Of a stretch of 64,000 bases of DNA, positions 1 to 12,959 are shown one piece after another. This DNA comes from Anthoceros angustus. Taxonomy: Eukaryota > Plantae > Anthocerotophyta. The stretch is from the NCBI GenBank assembly GCA_010909165.1, contig MU008201.1, positions 415,288 to 479,287 on the forward strand. The letters are read 5' to 3'. The notes under the pieces are model-generated. The model ran no database searches. It saw only the letters and a program-made list of their open reading frames with translations, and had not been told where the DNA came from. Every line of letters starts with the position of its first letter. The stretch's first letter is position 1. A program made the translations under genes and the position numbers.

Positions 1-826
1 ACGCTGTCGACCGCCGAGCCCAACCCGGCTGTGATTCCGGGAGAGGAGGGGCCCCTCACGGATCATCCGATTGGGTGCACCACAACCGCTGTGACGGGGA
101 TTGACCACCCATTCCGAGGCGGCTCAGACCTTCCCACACATGGCGAAGGAGATAGGGGGAAATAGGGTAGGCGGCCGATTAGGTATACCGAAATGCACGT
201 AATAGGGGTGTAATAAAGACGCCACCTTGGGCGCAGATAAGAGGGGCCGAGGCGCCTAGTAAAGCATCTTTCTTGGTGTTGATGCCGCTGCTGCACCTTT
301 GTGAGTCTTCTTGCTAACGTGAGTCCCGAGTCACCGGTGCACATACCCGGGAGATTGATCAAGGTCCCGTGACGACTTAACGCGCTGTGGTGTGTGTGGA
401 AGGGTGATCGTGATCCGGCTCGTCCGAGCCGCGTCCGACCCAACGACTGAACGCGTGAGCCGGAGGAACTCCGGGAGGGCGTGTAGAGCCCGGACGGAGA
501 GGCCCGGCGGAACGACGGAGGAGGTCCGGATCACAACCCGCGTTTTTCTAAGACTGAAGAGTGTAGCGTGAGAGGAGAGAGGAAAGGACTGGATGCGTGA
601 GGATGTATGTGAACGATACGGACGCGAACGGGTCCCTAAACGCTTGGCCATACCGGCTCAGACGAACGCGAGTAGTTAGGAGTATGTGTTGAGACCGAAC
701 GAGCGCTAAGGACTAAGAATCACCAAACGCGTAAACGGGCCTATCATTCCCTTTGGGAACGGACTTCTTCCTACAACGACACGGGATTGTGCGCGCCCGG
801 CTGGCCATCAGCAAAAGTCCGCCACA
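1..826 (+). repeat. 3' part of the 5' LTR of Gypsy copy A
   Basis: Ends ...AAAAGTCCGCCACA just before the PBS; near-identical to ~12160-12950. Confidence 0.92.
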
Positions 827-829
827 TTT

Positions 830-847
830 TGGCGCCGTTGCCGGGGA
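830..847 (+). promoter_or_regulatory. Primer binding site (tRNA-Asp type)
   Basis: TGGCGCCGTTGCCGGGGA 3 nt after the LTR-terminal CA; this is the PBS known from Athila-type elements. Confidence 0.9.
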
Positions 848-1099
848 ATGAAATCGGTCTGTGGTGCTGCAAAGTGCGTCCTTAGGAAGAGAAGGTAAGT
901 GAATGCGTGGCGGTCGAGCGACGGTCAAGAGTGAACCGTCAGGAGGATCGGACGTGGTCACCTCGCGTGCTCTCCGAGCCAGGGAGAGAGAGAGACGTCA
1001 AACCCAACGAGAGAGCACCGTCGATCAGAGGAGGGAGAACGTGGTCGAATTGTCGGACCAAGACGAGTACGGGGTACGAGGGACGCCAACGGAAGAAGG

Positions 1100-2950
1100 T
1101 AGGATGCCCCACGCCTAACCCATCGATGGCGCAGCCATGGCCCCTACCTCGACCAAACAAGCGACTCCATATTCGGAGGAAGAAGGAGCGGATGCGAGAC
1201 CTTTGTGGAGGACTTCGTGTCCAAAGCCAACTTCAACGGAGAGGGAGCCGACGCGCCTCATCCAGCTTTTCCAAGGGGTTCTCCGAGGACAACCGCTCAA
1301 TGGTATCGGAGAAAGTACCGACCACCGGAGAATGCCCCACCCGCCTGCTTGAAGCTTTGAAAATGCCTTCTTAGAACGGTTTCGAGGATCACCAGAGGGG
1401 TATGTATTATCAAAGTTGGAAAATCAAGCGAGGAAGAAGGAGAAGCCGGGCTCAGACATCGAGCGTTCTATGCCCCGAGGGATCGATCCAACCCATACCA
1501 CGATGCAAGCGACGGTGGGGGGCCGCCTAGCCAAACCCATACTGTGCACGCCCCGCCGAGAAGGACGTGGGCAAGGCGAGCCGAAAACTACGAGGAATCG
1601 CTACATCGAGGATAAAGAACCGCTCAAGGAGGCAAGAAGAAGAAGAAGAAACGGGTTCACTCGAGGAGGAAGAGTCTTGAGGAGGAGGAAGACCAATGAG
1701 GTGTCTTCTGAGGAGGAGCGTCCTCAAGAAGAGACGGAGGTCTCTAGCGAGGAAGAGTATCCCGCAAGAAGAAGAGCAAGAAGGCCCCGCTAAAAAGAAG
1801 GTGGTAAGAAGGAGGTGGTGACACCAAGATCGGTCCGAGAAGCTCGGACCCGACTCCCTCAAAGGAGGTAGCAGTCCGGAGGACCGGAAAAGTGATAAAG
1901 AGAGTAGAGGACCGCGATAAACTGTGTTAAGGACCGAGAGCGCGGAAAACACCGACTACGGCGAACGCATCTGTGTGCCGAATACACCATTCGAAGTCCA
2001 ACCGCCTCAAGGCCGCATCAAGTGGACTACGAATACGAGGAGGAGGCCGAGGAGCAATGGGAAGAGGCCTATCGTGCATGTGAAGCCCTCCGGGCCGCGA
2101 TATCCCAAAACCATGTATCCGCCAACCGGAGGTCCGTCAATACAACGGGCCCCACCGATGCAAAGACCGCATGGGAGCCCTTCGTATCCTCCGACGGCCG
2201 TGGTCTCTGGAACCGCGAATCTCGCCATTACTCCAACGCTGTCCGCACTCAACGAGGTGGTAATGGGGACTTCGAGCAGCATCGCAAGCGTGGCATATGT
2301 GCAAGACGCTATGTCCCAACCCCGCAAGGGGCGATACGATATGCCACACCAAGCGGAGAACCCCGACCACCAACGCCACCTCCTAAGACCGGACCGACGG
2401 CAAGTCAAGATGCTGGGCTGGTGGGAAGAGATTCCGAGGTACGCGAGATGGAAAAGAACAAGAAGGTACGGGGTGTCGAAGGAAGGGAGTCAGTGGAAAA
2501 TCTTGAGGTGTCATCAGAGTCAAGGAAGGAGCGACGAGAAAGGCGCCATTGAAGAAGAACAAGATCGAGGAAGCGCCACGACGCCGAGGAAGGCAATCAA
2601 ACGGAAATACCAGCAGAGGATCCGACCGATGAAGGAGGGCTGGACGGCAGCCTCACGAGGGATTACCCAAGGAAGTTCTCCGCAGATGTGGAGAAGGAAC
2701 GGTGCCTCCCGCGACGGCCGACGTTAGCTTCCACGGACGTAGTCCGGAGGTGACCGAGATGTTGCAGGAGGAAATGCGCAAGCATCCGGAGAATACCGTA
2801 ACACGTGACCGGGAGAGGATGAGGACGCAGCAGCAGGATCCTCGATTGGGGTAGAAGCCCGCCTTTAATGTGGCGACCGATGATGAATCGCCAAGACTGT
2901 GTCCTTTCGACCGCCGAGGATAACCCAAATACCGGAGGTCCGCCGGGCCG
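1100..2950 (+). pseudogene. gag: gag of Gypsy copy A (frameshifted)
   Basis: Lies between PBS and protease. Knuckle remnants (W-N-x-x-x-x-x-H-Y-S-N-A) near 2205-2320; collinear with 36750-38300 (-). Boundaries approximate. Confidence 0.7.
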
Positions 2951-2979
2951 TTAGGGAAACCCACGGAGCACCAAAGCCG

Positions 2980-5900
2980 TGAAGGGTAGGCTGGAAGTGA
3001 GGGTGGTGTCCCATACGACCTGGGGCCAAAGGGTACAAGTGGAGATTGGATGTATCATCAAGGATGTACCGCTGACACGGGTCCGAGTCAACCTCATCAC
3101 CGCCAGACGAAAATTGGGCTTCACATCCTTCAACCTCAACGAAGACTCGAGAATGGCGTATATGTCAAGAAGAGATCCGCGGGAGTTAACCGAGTCTTGG
3201 CCACCATAGCCGCACCCTACAAACCGGATTTTGTTGTGATCAAACCGCCGGACCATTAGGGTATGAGGTGTCATGGCCATGGTCGGGTTGGCCTGCAAAA
3301 GCTACACTTTGGAAGGAAGGAGATTCACTTCAAGCCGGTGGACTGGGACCCTAAGGTGCGAGAAGGAGGGTTGCTATCACCGGAGCAAGGACACCTATTG
3401 TGGGAAGCGTGAGCACTACCAAGGGTATACCTCATGAGGAGGACTCCAGCGACGAACAAGATAGTTCCGAGGAGGCGACTTTCGCCAAGATCCGCCGGGT
3501 CCGAGGAGGAGATGGACTACATGGATGCCTTTGGCGGAAGTGGTTGATTGTTTTGAGTAAACGCCACAACGGGCCGGAGGAAGGAAGTGAAGAGGAGGTC
3601 GGACCAAAGACAAGGGGAGACAAGAGTCGGACCAAGGAAAAGCGGACATCAAGGAGTAACACGATTCACCTCCGACGAGCTCTTCAGAGAATGGGGATGC
3701 GAGAGGACGATCCCGAGGAGGACGAGGGGTTTGACGCAGCGAGGCAAAGACGGAACGGGAGACGGTGAACCCGGACGACGACGGAAGAAGTGGAGGTCCG
3801 CCAGCAAATTCTCAAGTTTAAGAAAGGCATGCCTCCGGACCAAGGAAGGACTAAAGCACTGGGGAGTTTTATGAGGTGTTCGCCTTCAAGGTCACGGACA
3901 TGAAGGGCATTCAAGAAGTGGGAGAGCATAAGATCGATTTGAAGCCGTGAGCGTGCCATCAATCCGACAATACAAGCTCAACCCCAAGTATTCGATCAAG
4001 GTGAAGGAGGTCCTTGATAAGTACCGGAGGCAGACATCATTTTCCCCATCGTCAATGAGTGGGTCACGATTGTGGTGGTTCCCAAGAAACAGACAAATTC
4101 GGTATGCCAAGATTGAGGAAGCTCAACGCGAGAAGAAGGACCACTTCCGATGCCATTCAGACGACATTTTGGACAAGGTGGACGGACTACTTACTCCTTC
4201 CTCGGATGGCTACTCCGGATATAACCAATTGCACCTAAGGGAGTTTGACCGACAAGACGACCTTCACTACGAGTGGGGTACGCTTGCCTACAAGAGAAGT
4301 GCCTTTGGGATGACCGAGCGCTGTGGTCGCTCATGCGTATGGTGACCAACGCCTTCCGTGACTTCGAGGGACTTCATGGAGATATTCCCGGATGATTTTG
4401 TGTGCATGGGGAGCAGGACAAACACCTTGGGCATCTAAGAAGGTGCTTGAGCGCCGGAGACTCCAATTGAGCCTACACCCGAGAAATGCTACTTTGGAAT
4501 GACGGAGGGAATCTTGACATCGTGTCCATGGAATCGAGGTGGACCAGACAAGGTCCGGTCATCCGCCTCCACCACGAACCTAAAGGAGCCGAGAGGTTTC
4601 GAATGGTGGGATACTACACCGGTTTATTAAGGACTTTAAGAGGGCTAAGTTGATGTAACCATCGGAAGGAGGAGGTTTGGACCGGCCGTGAGCGAGAGGA
4701 GGCCTTCGGATTTACGTAACACCTTGGTAAGCGCACGGTTCTAAGAGGACCGGACCGAGGAAATTTCATGTGTATGTAGATGTCCGCTGCTATCGGAGTA
4801 GTGCCGAGCCGAAGGACGACAAGCGGATTATCCCGTATACTACCGGACGATGTACCACCCACGCGAACGAAAATACACAACTACAGAGCGAAGCACCGGG
4901 TATGGTATATGTCCAAGAAATTCGACACTACCTACTACCCAAAGGAGTTTGTGTTCTATGTAGACCACTTTGCTCAAGCATCCGTGAATAAGACGGACTG
5001 TCCGGACGGATAGCAAGGTGGATATTGTTGCCGCAGGAGTTCACGTCAAGTGGAAACAAGACAAGGGAGGCAAGACCAAAATGCATTTCGCCACGATTGA
5101 AAACAGAAAGGTGTTGAGAGATCGTGAAGATGCGCTCCGGATGAGACATTGGTTGCCGCAGAAAAGTACAACCGGAGGAGCCCACCGACCGAACCCCAAG
5201 CTACGAGAACGGCACTTAGTTGAGAAGGGAGGGTCTGGCCGTCCGACCCACGAAGAAATAGAGCGGTACCTGGGAATGGAGCTCAAAATCACTGTGGAGA
5301 GGAGGCATTCGTGCACTATGCTCGACCCTTCGTAATGTACAACGGTGTGTGTTCAAATTAGGGCGGAGTAGAACGAAGGTACTTGCAACCGGCAGAGGAG
5401 CGCTGGGAATGCACGAAGGATTGGGGGTGGACACTACGCAAAGACAGTCACCACCAAAAGATTTTGAAGCGGATACCGTGGCCAACAATGTATGGGGACA
5501 CCCACCGCTTAGAAGAAGTGTGATGCTTGTCGGATCGGAAAGCCAACCCCGACGACACAAAGGGCCGCTAGTACCGATATTGGCACCGCACCTTCAAAAG
5601 TGGGGTATTGACTTTGTTGGACCTATACACCACGACAAGACACACACAAAGGAGATACATCCCGTGGCAACGACCATCGCACTGTGGGTAGAGGCGACAA
5701 GAACGGACTCCGCAAATACCGCGGGCCAAATTCTGACGAGAACATCATAACCCGACGGATGTGTCCGCTATCGGAGTAGTGCCGAGCCGAAGGACGACAA
5801 GCGCGGATTATCCCGATACTACTACCGAGTACCACCCACGCTGAACGAAAATACACAACTACAGAAGGCCAAGCAATGGTATATGTCAAGAAATTCGACA

Positions 5901-8620
5901 CTACCTACTACCCAAAGGAGTTTGTGTTCTATGTAGACCACCAAGCATCCGGTGAATAAGACGGACCGTCTGACGGATAGCAAGGTGGATATTGTTGCCG
6001 CAGGAGTTCACGCTCAAGTGGAAACAAGACAAGGGAGGCAAGACCAAAATGCATTTTCGTCACGATTGAAAACAGAAAAGTGTGTGTTGAGAGATCGTGA
6101 AGATGCTCCTGGATGAGACATTGGTTGCCGCAGAAAAGTACAACCGAGGAGCCCAGACCGAACCCCAAGCTACGAGAACTGCATTTTAGGGAAGGGAGGG
6201 TCTCCGTCCGTCCGACCTACGAAGAAATAGAGCGCACTGGGAATGGAGCTTCCCAAAATCGACTCGTGGAGGGAGGCATTCGCACTATGCTCTTCGTAAT
6301 GTACAACGGGTGTGTGTTCAAATTAGGGCCTGACGGAGTAGAACGAAGGTACTTGCAACCGCAGAGATGGAGCTCGCCAAGGGAATGCACGAAGGATTGG
6401 GGGTGGACACTACGCAAAGACAGTCACCACCAAAAGATTTTGAAGCGGATACCGTGGCCAACAATGTATGGGGACACCCACCGCTTAGAAGAAGTGTGAT
6501 GCTTGTCGGATCGGAAAGCCAACCCCGACAAGGGCCGCTAGTACCGATATTGGCACCGCACCTTCAAAAGTGGGGTATTGACTTTGTTGGACCTATACAC
6601 ACGACAAGACACACACAAAGGAGATACATCCCGTGGCAACGACCATCGCACTGTGGGTAGAGGCGGACAAGAACGGACTCGCAAATACCGTGGCCAAATT
6701 CGACGAGAACATCATAACCCGATGATGTCCGCCGCAGCTTGGTAAGTGATAGGGGAACCCATTTCCTTAATGATGTGGTGGCCGCCATGACGGAGTATTT
6801 CGCATCAATCATCGCAAGACGGCACCCTACAATCCTAAGGCCAATGGGTCGACAGAAGACAAATGGGCTCATCTGGGATCTGAATAAACTCACAAGAACT
6901 ACTACGCCCATGGGATACCAAGTCGCCATCCGCACTGTATGCCCGACAGCAGAAGGTGACCACACAACGGACCCCTTACTTGACCTACGACACTCTCCGT
7001 AATGCCGAGAGTTTGAAGTGCCCACTTTTCGAGTAATGATGGAAGGAGACCGACAAGAGGAAAGCCACCGAGCGACTCTTGGGGTTCAGCATAGAGGACA
7101 GTGGAAGAAGCTCACCAAGATGCGTGCAAAACCAAATAAAGATTTGGCACGATCGCCGATCGCGAATCGAGTATGTAAAGGAAGGGACCCGCCTCCTTTA
7201 TGATAGTCGACATGCATTTTCCGCAAACTTCACCGAGATGGATGGGTCCGTACCAAGTGGTGCAAGTATATGACAACGGGTCCGTCCGCCACGACTAGAT
7301 GGAGAGTCGTTGCCCACTGGGTAAACGGGTGGGGTGAAGAAGATTATGCTTAGTGTTGGCGAGACGCCAATGATGAGAAGGGAGTATGGGCTATGCACTT
7401 CGGGAGTTAAGAACAAGTAGGGTTTCGCTTTTTAGGATTGAAGGATAAATAAGGCGAAAAGGAGGAATAAATTGGGGTAGCGCCGGACGAGGCTCGAGTA
7501 TACTCCGACTGAGTGAACAACGGACCCTGCATTACTATGGCAAGCTCCCGACGCCGAGTAACGGATAAGTCCGGAACCCACTCCAGTGTCAAAATAGGAT
7601 AAGTACGCCAGGAAAGTAACCTAGGAGCGAGGCGTGAGGATGACGAGGCGGCGCCACGTGGACGGCCCCGAGTGGAGGTCGGGCATGCAGGCCAGACGAA
7701 TTGCAGAGGCCGCAGGCAGTATTCACGCCTGGCCGGGCGGCGTGGCGGCCGAGTAAGCGAGGGTCGAGTAAGCCATGCACTCGCGCTACGACAACGGCGC
7801 CTTCCGCCAGAAGCATTTTCCACAAGCGCGGAGGGAGGTCAGCCGCAGCCTCCGCATCCTTGCGCCCGCAATCCGGCTCGCGCCTTTTGGGCGCACGGAG
7901 CGACCGTCAAGGTTGGAGCAACAACGCGCGGCGAGGAACATCGCGCCGGACTCGCAAATACCGTGGCCAAATTCGACGAGAACATCATAACCCGATGATG
8001 TCCGCCGCAGCTTGGTAAGTGATAGGGGAACCCATTTCCTTAATGATGTGGTGGCCGCCATGACGGAGTATTTCGCATCAATCATCGCAAGACGACCTAA
8101 GGCCAATGGGTCGACAGAAGACAAATGGGCTCATCTCATCCAGGATCAATAAACTCACAGTGAACTACGCCCATGATCGATACTAAGTCGCCATCCGTGA
8201 CCTGTGCCCGGACAGCAGAAGGTGACCACACAACGGACCCCTTACTTGACCTACGACACTCTCCGTAATGCCGAGAGTTTGAAGTGCCCACTTTTCGAGT
8301 AATGATGGAAGGGAGATCAGAGGAAAGCCACCGAGCGACTCTTGGGGTTTGTTCAAAGACACGAGGATGGAAGAAGCTCACCAAGATGCAGCTTGGTGCA
8401 AAACCAAATAAAGATTTGGCACGATCGCCGATCGCGAATCGTGAGTATGTAAAGGAAGGGACCCGCCTCCTTTATGATAGTCGACATGCATTTTCCGTGC
8501 AAACTTCACCGAGATGGATGGGTCCGTACCAAGTGGTGCAAGTATATGACAACGGGTCCGCCCACCTAGATGGAGAGCTGCCCACTGGGTAAACGGGTGG
8601 CGGGTGAAGAAGTATCATGC
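2980..8620 (+). pseudogene. pol: pol (PR-RT-RNaseH-INT) of Gypsy copy A, frameshifted, with two internal tandem duplications
   Basis: VQVEIGCIIKDVPL (PR); QYKLNPKYSIKVKEVLDKY, KKDHF, DGYSGYNQ (RT); EFVFYVDH (RH); WPTMYGDTH, KWGIDFVGPI, SDRGTHFLN, RWMGPYQVVQVYDNG (INT with GPY/F motif). Confidence 0.92.
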
Positions 8621-8642
8621 TTAGTGTTGGCGAGACGCCAAT

Positions 8643-8655
8643 GATGAGAAGGGAG
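8643..8655 (+). promoter_or_regulatory. Polypurine tract of copy A (duplicate at ~7372-7384)
   Basis: GATGAGAAGGGAG directly after the integrase end and 2 nt before the LTR start. The same junction occurs at 33131-33150 (-). Confidence 0.8.
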
Positions 8656-9222
8656 TATGGGCTATGCACTGGGAGTTAAGAACAAGTAGGGTTTCGCTTT
8701 TTAGGATTGAAGGATAAATAAGGCGAAAAGGAGGAATAAATTGGGGTAGCGCCGGACGAGGCTCGGAGTATACTCCGACTGAGTGAACAAACCCCACCAC
8801 TATGGCAAGCTCCGGACTACGGAGTAACGGATAAGTCCGAACCCACCCATGTCAAAATAGGATAAGTACGCCAGGAAAGTAACCTAGGAGCGAGGCGTGA
8901 GGATGACGAGGCGGCGCCACGGACGGCCCCGAGTGGAGGTCGGGCATGCAGGCCGAACTGCGAGGCCGCAGGCAGTATTCACGCCTGCCGCGCGCCGGCA
9001 GTAAGCGAAGCGAGGGTCGTAAGCCATGCACCGCACGGACAACGAAGAGGCGCCTTCCGCCAGCTTACTTCGCCGGCCAGGGAGGTCATTTCACGCAGCC
9101 TCCCTCGCGCCCGCAATCCGCTCGCGCCTTTTGGGCGCCACTTAGAGCGCGCTAAGGTTGGAGCAACAAGGAGGAACATCGTGCACGGACTCCAGCCACA
9201 AGAACAAGAGGAGGAGAAAGCA

Positions 9223-11900
9223 ATGGCACCCAAAAGCCGACGGAGTCTGGGAGCCATGGACCGTGGAGCGCAACATTGTGACCCGCGCTATCCGGACTTC
9301 GGCCCGGCCGGAGGAAGGGGGGAATTGGTGCAGGAGTGGCATCCGGACGTGTTCCAAATGGTCTCGACCTTTGACAACGCTACCTAGTCCGGAGTTTGCC
9401 CGAAGATGCGGCGATCAACAAGGAGGTCCGATCCAAGAACCTCCGGAGGACCCGAGGCGATGGACCTTGAGGTCCCGAGGATGGCCTACAACCGCTCAAG
9501 GAGGAAGAAGGGGCGTGGTGCCGAGCCCCTTAAGGCGGCGGAAGATAGGGCCACGGCCGGGCGAGCTGAGGCTCGAACGCGGACAACCAACGGATGGTTG
9601 ATATCCGATCCGCCGATCCGAGTAAGGGCGGTAGCCCGGATCATTGTCCATTGAACTCGCCACCAAGGTGGATCACCTTGGTGATAACCTGCTGGTATTC
9701 TCGCATGCGCCCATGGGAAGAGAGGACGGGAAGGATTATCTTCCGGCCAGAGGCACGCAAGCTAAGGAGCGAGAAGCCTCGCCATCGGGGCCGACCCCAT
9801 ACCGATTCATGTATGGGGACATTTCGAGCTCAAGGAGGGAGAGCTTGAGCGGCGCCAAGGCCGGAGGCCCCGCCAAGTAGAGCGTGCAAGGGCGCCTGAG
9901 GTGGGGGTCGCCCTTCAAGACCAAGCGGACTGGAGGAGGACGATCGAGGATTCCTGACTCCATACGCCCTGAGCGAACCCCTCACCACCTGTGGAAGTTT
10001 GGGAGGCGATTCCCTTCCTCCTTTTGGTGCCCTCCGAGGCACAGAGGGAGCCGATGCCGGAGGGCGGCGCACGGCTGCAACAATACCAACAACCACGACG
10101 CCGAGCCCCGACGAACTCAACGGAGCCAAGAGGCGAAGACGGTGCCACCAACGCAAAGACCTCAAGGTGCCGGACTTACCCCGCCACCTGAGTGGCAAGA
10201 GGTCAAGAGGCGGTAAGGAGGGCGAAGGACGTGGCCCAAGGAGCAGGAGGTCACCGGCAGCAGCCCACCCCGAGCCGGCCCCTGCCCCCTGTGAAGGGGC
10301 AAAAGAGCTTGCTCCGGACCCCTCACCTCCTCCGAGCCCTGTGGAGAAAGAGGGCACAAAGGAGTTAGAGGCCAAGAGGGCCAAGAGGGTGAGACTCGAC
10401 CACCACTGTGACCCGAGGGTCCCGATTAGGTCCGAGAACCCACCGACCCCGATCAAGGTATGGAGGTCCTCACGATCGAGAAATGCCGGCTCCCACTACG
10501 GACTTTGTGGGGCCTCACGCGGCCGTGGAAGAAACACGGCGAAGTCCTGCTACCGCCATGGACGGAATGCTTTGGGGTCTCTGGGCAGGAGAAGACCTGT
10601 GAAGTGGAGGCCACCCGAGGAGGATGGTGGAACCCAAGAGCAAGTGAAGGCGGCCGAGGGGCAAAGGAAAACGGAGTCCTCGCCGGATCGAGGAAGGGAA
10701 ACGCCGGTGGCGGAGCGAGGCCCCGCGGTTCAAGCAGATCGTTAAGGTTCTTCACCGTAAACAAGCAAGCTCAGAGGCCCAAGCGGGCGGAGGACCTGCA
10801 AGAAGAGGGAAGCGCAGCAGAGGCGGAAGAGGCCCGGCACAAGCAGAGAGAGCTCGACCGGGCGGAGGCGGCGCCAGAGCAGCCAAGTGGGCGAGGCCTG
10901 TAAAGGCGGCGGCGAGCTCAAGCCGCGCAAGAGCGACCGGATCACCATGCACGTGATCGAACCGTGGAGAGAGCAAAATGAGGCTAACTCAAGGCGCATG
11001 CCACAGTGGAGGCCAAGACTCGGGAGATAGGGATCTCCGAGCACAGGAGGTAGAAGGGAGGCGCAGATGGAGGATGAAGGACACGCTGAGCTACAACCCA
11101 AGATGCGCTTGAGCAGTGATTCTCAACGAGAGAATCCACGACTCGAGCACGAACAGTAGCCCTCTCCTCAAGACGGAGGAAAATCGGCGACTATCCAAGG
11201 AGTTGGACGCTGCTGCTGTATGAGCCGGAGGAAGTCCCGAGCCTGGACGGAGGTATCCGATCACTGAGAGGGAGTCATGAGCTAAAGGCCGTAATGAACG
11301 GAGGAGCGAGCACCGGAAGCGTAAAAGAAGCCGGTCCACCGAGAAAGGCGGAAGGGAACGCGCTATGGCGGTAAGCGGGCATGGAAAGGAAACGACGGAG
11401 CCGGAGCAGTGGAGCAACATGGCGGAGGTGACCGAGGCCGCCTTGTAGCCTCGCGTGATACCGGCCCACCACAACCGGGCAGGAGAGGTGGCCCAACAAG
11501 CCGAGCAAAGACGCCCACCCCGAACACACTTATGGCGAGGGAGTATCGGTGCCCGCACACGTGGAAGAGGCAATTCAACAAGTCGATCTGTGACTTTGCC
11601 TATTACCACGAGCTCAAGAGGCCTCGACGCCGAAACGGACGGACCTGGAAGGCTCAAGGAGATGAAGGCCACGGGGACAAAGACAGGACCCTAGTGGCCC
11701 CTGCTTGAGATGACGGAGCGGAGAGGAGCAACCGGAGGAGCAGAACGAGGGAGCGCGGATGCGATCGAGGTAAGCACCCCGCCTCACCATGGAAGGAGGG
11801 CCAACGAAGGAGTCACGATCGGGAACATGGAGGACTTCGAGGAGAGCCACGAGGAGTCCCGTGAGGGAGGAAACCCGACTTTGTCCCAGAGGGAGGCGGA
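9223..11900 (+). pseudogene. LTR-embedded additional ORF(s): N-terminal globular domain plus coiled-coil-rich region (frameshifted in this assembly)
   Basis: MAPK..VWEPW..VERNIVT..NKEVRSKNLREDPRRWT..TKVDHLGDN..; later REYRCPHTWKRQFNK..DFAYYHEL. Homologous to 23100-24872 (-) and 56433-58950 (+). Confidence 0.75.
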
Positions 11901-11904
11901 GACC

Positions 11905-12000
11905 TCAAGTCCGGACCGAAGTCCGGACTCAAGTCCGGACTGAATAAGTCCGGACCTCAAGTCCGGACTGAATCCGACCGAGGTCCGACCGAGACAAGGC
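11905..12000 (+). repeat. Short tandem AAGTCCGGAC-type repeats in LTR U3
   Basis: AAGTCCGGAC repeated ~5 times; related arrays occur in all LTR copies. Confidence 0.75.
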
Positions 12001-12959
12001 CCGACCTAGCCGGACTGTGAATAAGCCGACTCAAGTTCGTGAGTCGAGACAGACCTCGAGGACCGGGTCGGCAAGAAGGAGGAGCCCCTTCGACTTACGC
12101 TAGGGGAGCAGGGTGGCCCCACCGGCCAAGGACCTGTGGAGGCCAGGAGGATGACGTGGTAACGGGTCGATCCGCCAGAGCCCAACCCGGCTGTGATTCC
12201 GGGAGAGGAGGGGCCCCGCCTCACGGATCATCCGATTGGGTGCACCACAACCGCTGACGGGGATTGACCACCCATTCCGAGGCCTGTGACCTTCCCCCTG
12301 GCAAGGAGATAGGGGATAGGGGTGGTAGGCGGCCGATTAGGTATACCGAGTCAAGCACGTAATAAAGACGCCACCTTGGGCGCAGATAAGAGGGCCGGGG
12401 TCAGTAAAGCATCTTTCTTGGTGTTGATGCCGCTCTGCACCTTTGTGAGTCTTCTTGCTAACGTGAGTCCCGAGTCACCGAAAGGTGCACGGCGCCCGGG
12501 AGATTGATCAAGGTCCCGTGACGACTTAACGCTGTGGTGTGTGCAGGAAGGGTGATCGGTGATCCGTGCTCGCCGAGCCGCGTCCGACACCGAACGGATC
12601 GAACGCCGAGGAACTCCGGAGGGCGGTCCGGACGAGAGGCCCGCGAACGACGAGGAGGTCCGGATCACAGAACTGATTTTTCTAAGACCAAGAGTGTAGC
12701 GTGAGAGGAGAGAGGGACGATGCGTGAGGATGTATGTGAACGATACGGACGCGAACGGGTCCTTAAACGCCATACCGGCTCAGACGGACGCTAGAGAAGT
12801 TAGGAGTATGTGTGTTGAGACCGAACGAGCGCTAAGGACGGAAGAATCACCAAACGCGGTAAACGCCTATCATTCCTTTGGGAACGGACTTCTTCCTACA
12901 ACGACACGGACAGGCGCGCCTTACTGCCATCAGCGAAAAGTCTCAATAACAACCATATT

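Larger units (their letters stand above)
1..12950 (+). mobile_element. Ty3/Gypsy LTR retrotransposon, copy A (non-chromoviral, Athila/Phygy/Selgy-like), with giant 3' LTR; 5' LTR runs off the window start
   Basis: 1-826 matches ~12160-12950. PBS at 830, then gag with CCHC knuckles, PR, RT, RH and INT in Gypsy order. PPT at 8643. Confidence 0.93.
8658..12950 (+). repeat. Giant 3' LTR (~4.3 kb) of copy A
   Basis: Starts with the family LTR start (TGGGCTA..., GGAGGAATAA) seen at 39710, 33131, 26737 and 55769. Ends with sequence matching 1-826; end coordinate +/-6. Confidence 0.85.

Noticed and set aside
8658-11900. Conventional internal env-like ORF between pol and the 3' LTR
   Set aside because: The PPT and LTR start lie upstream of the ORF, and TSD-flanked solo LTRs include it. 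No obvious TM segment was seen.
63-12773. Numerous short GC-rich ORFs on both strands of the TEs as separate genes
   Set aside because: They are frameshift fragments or antisense shadows of gag/pol/LTR sequence.
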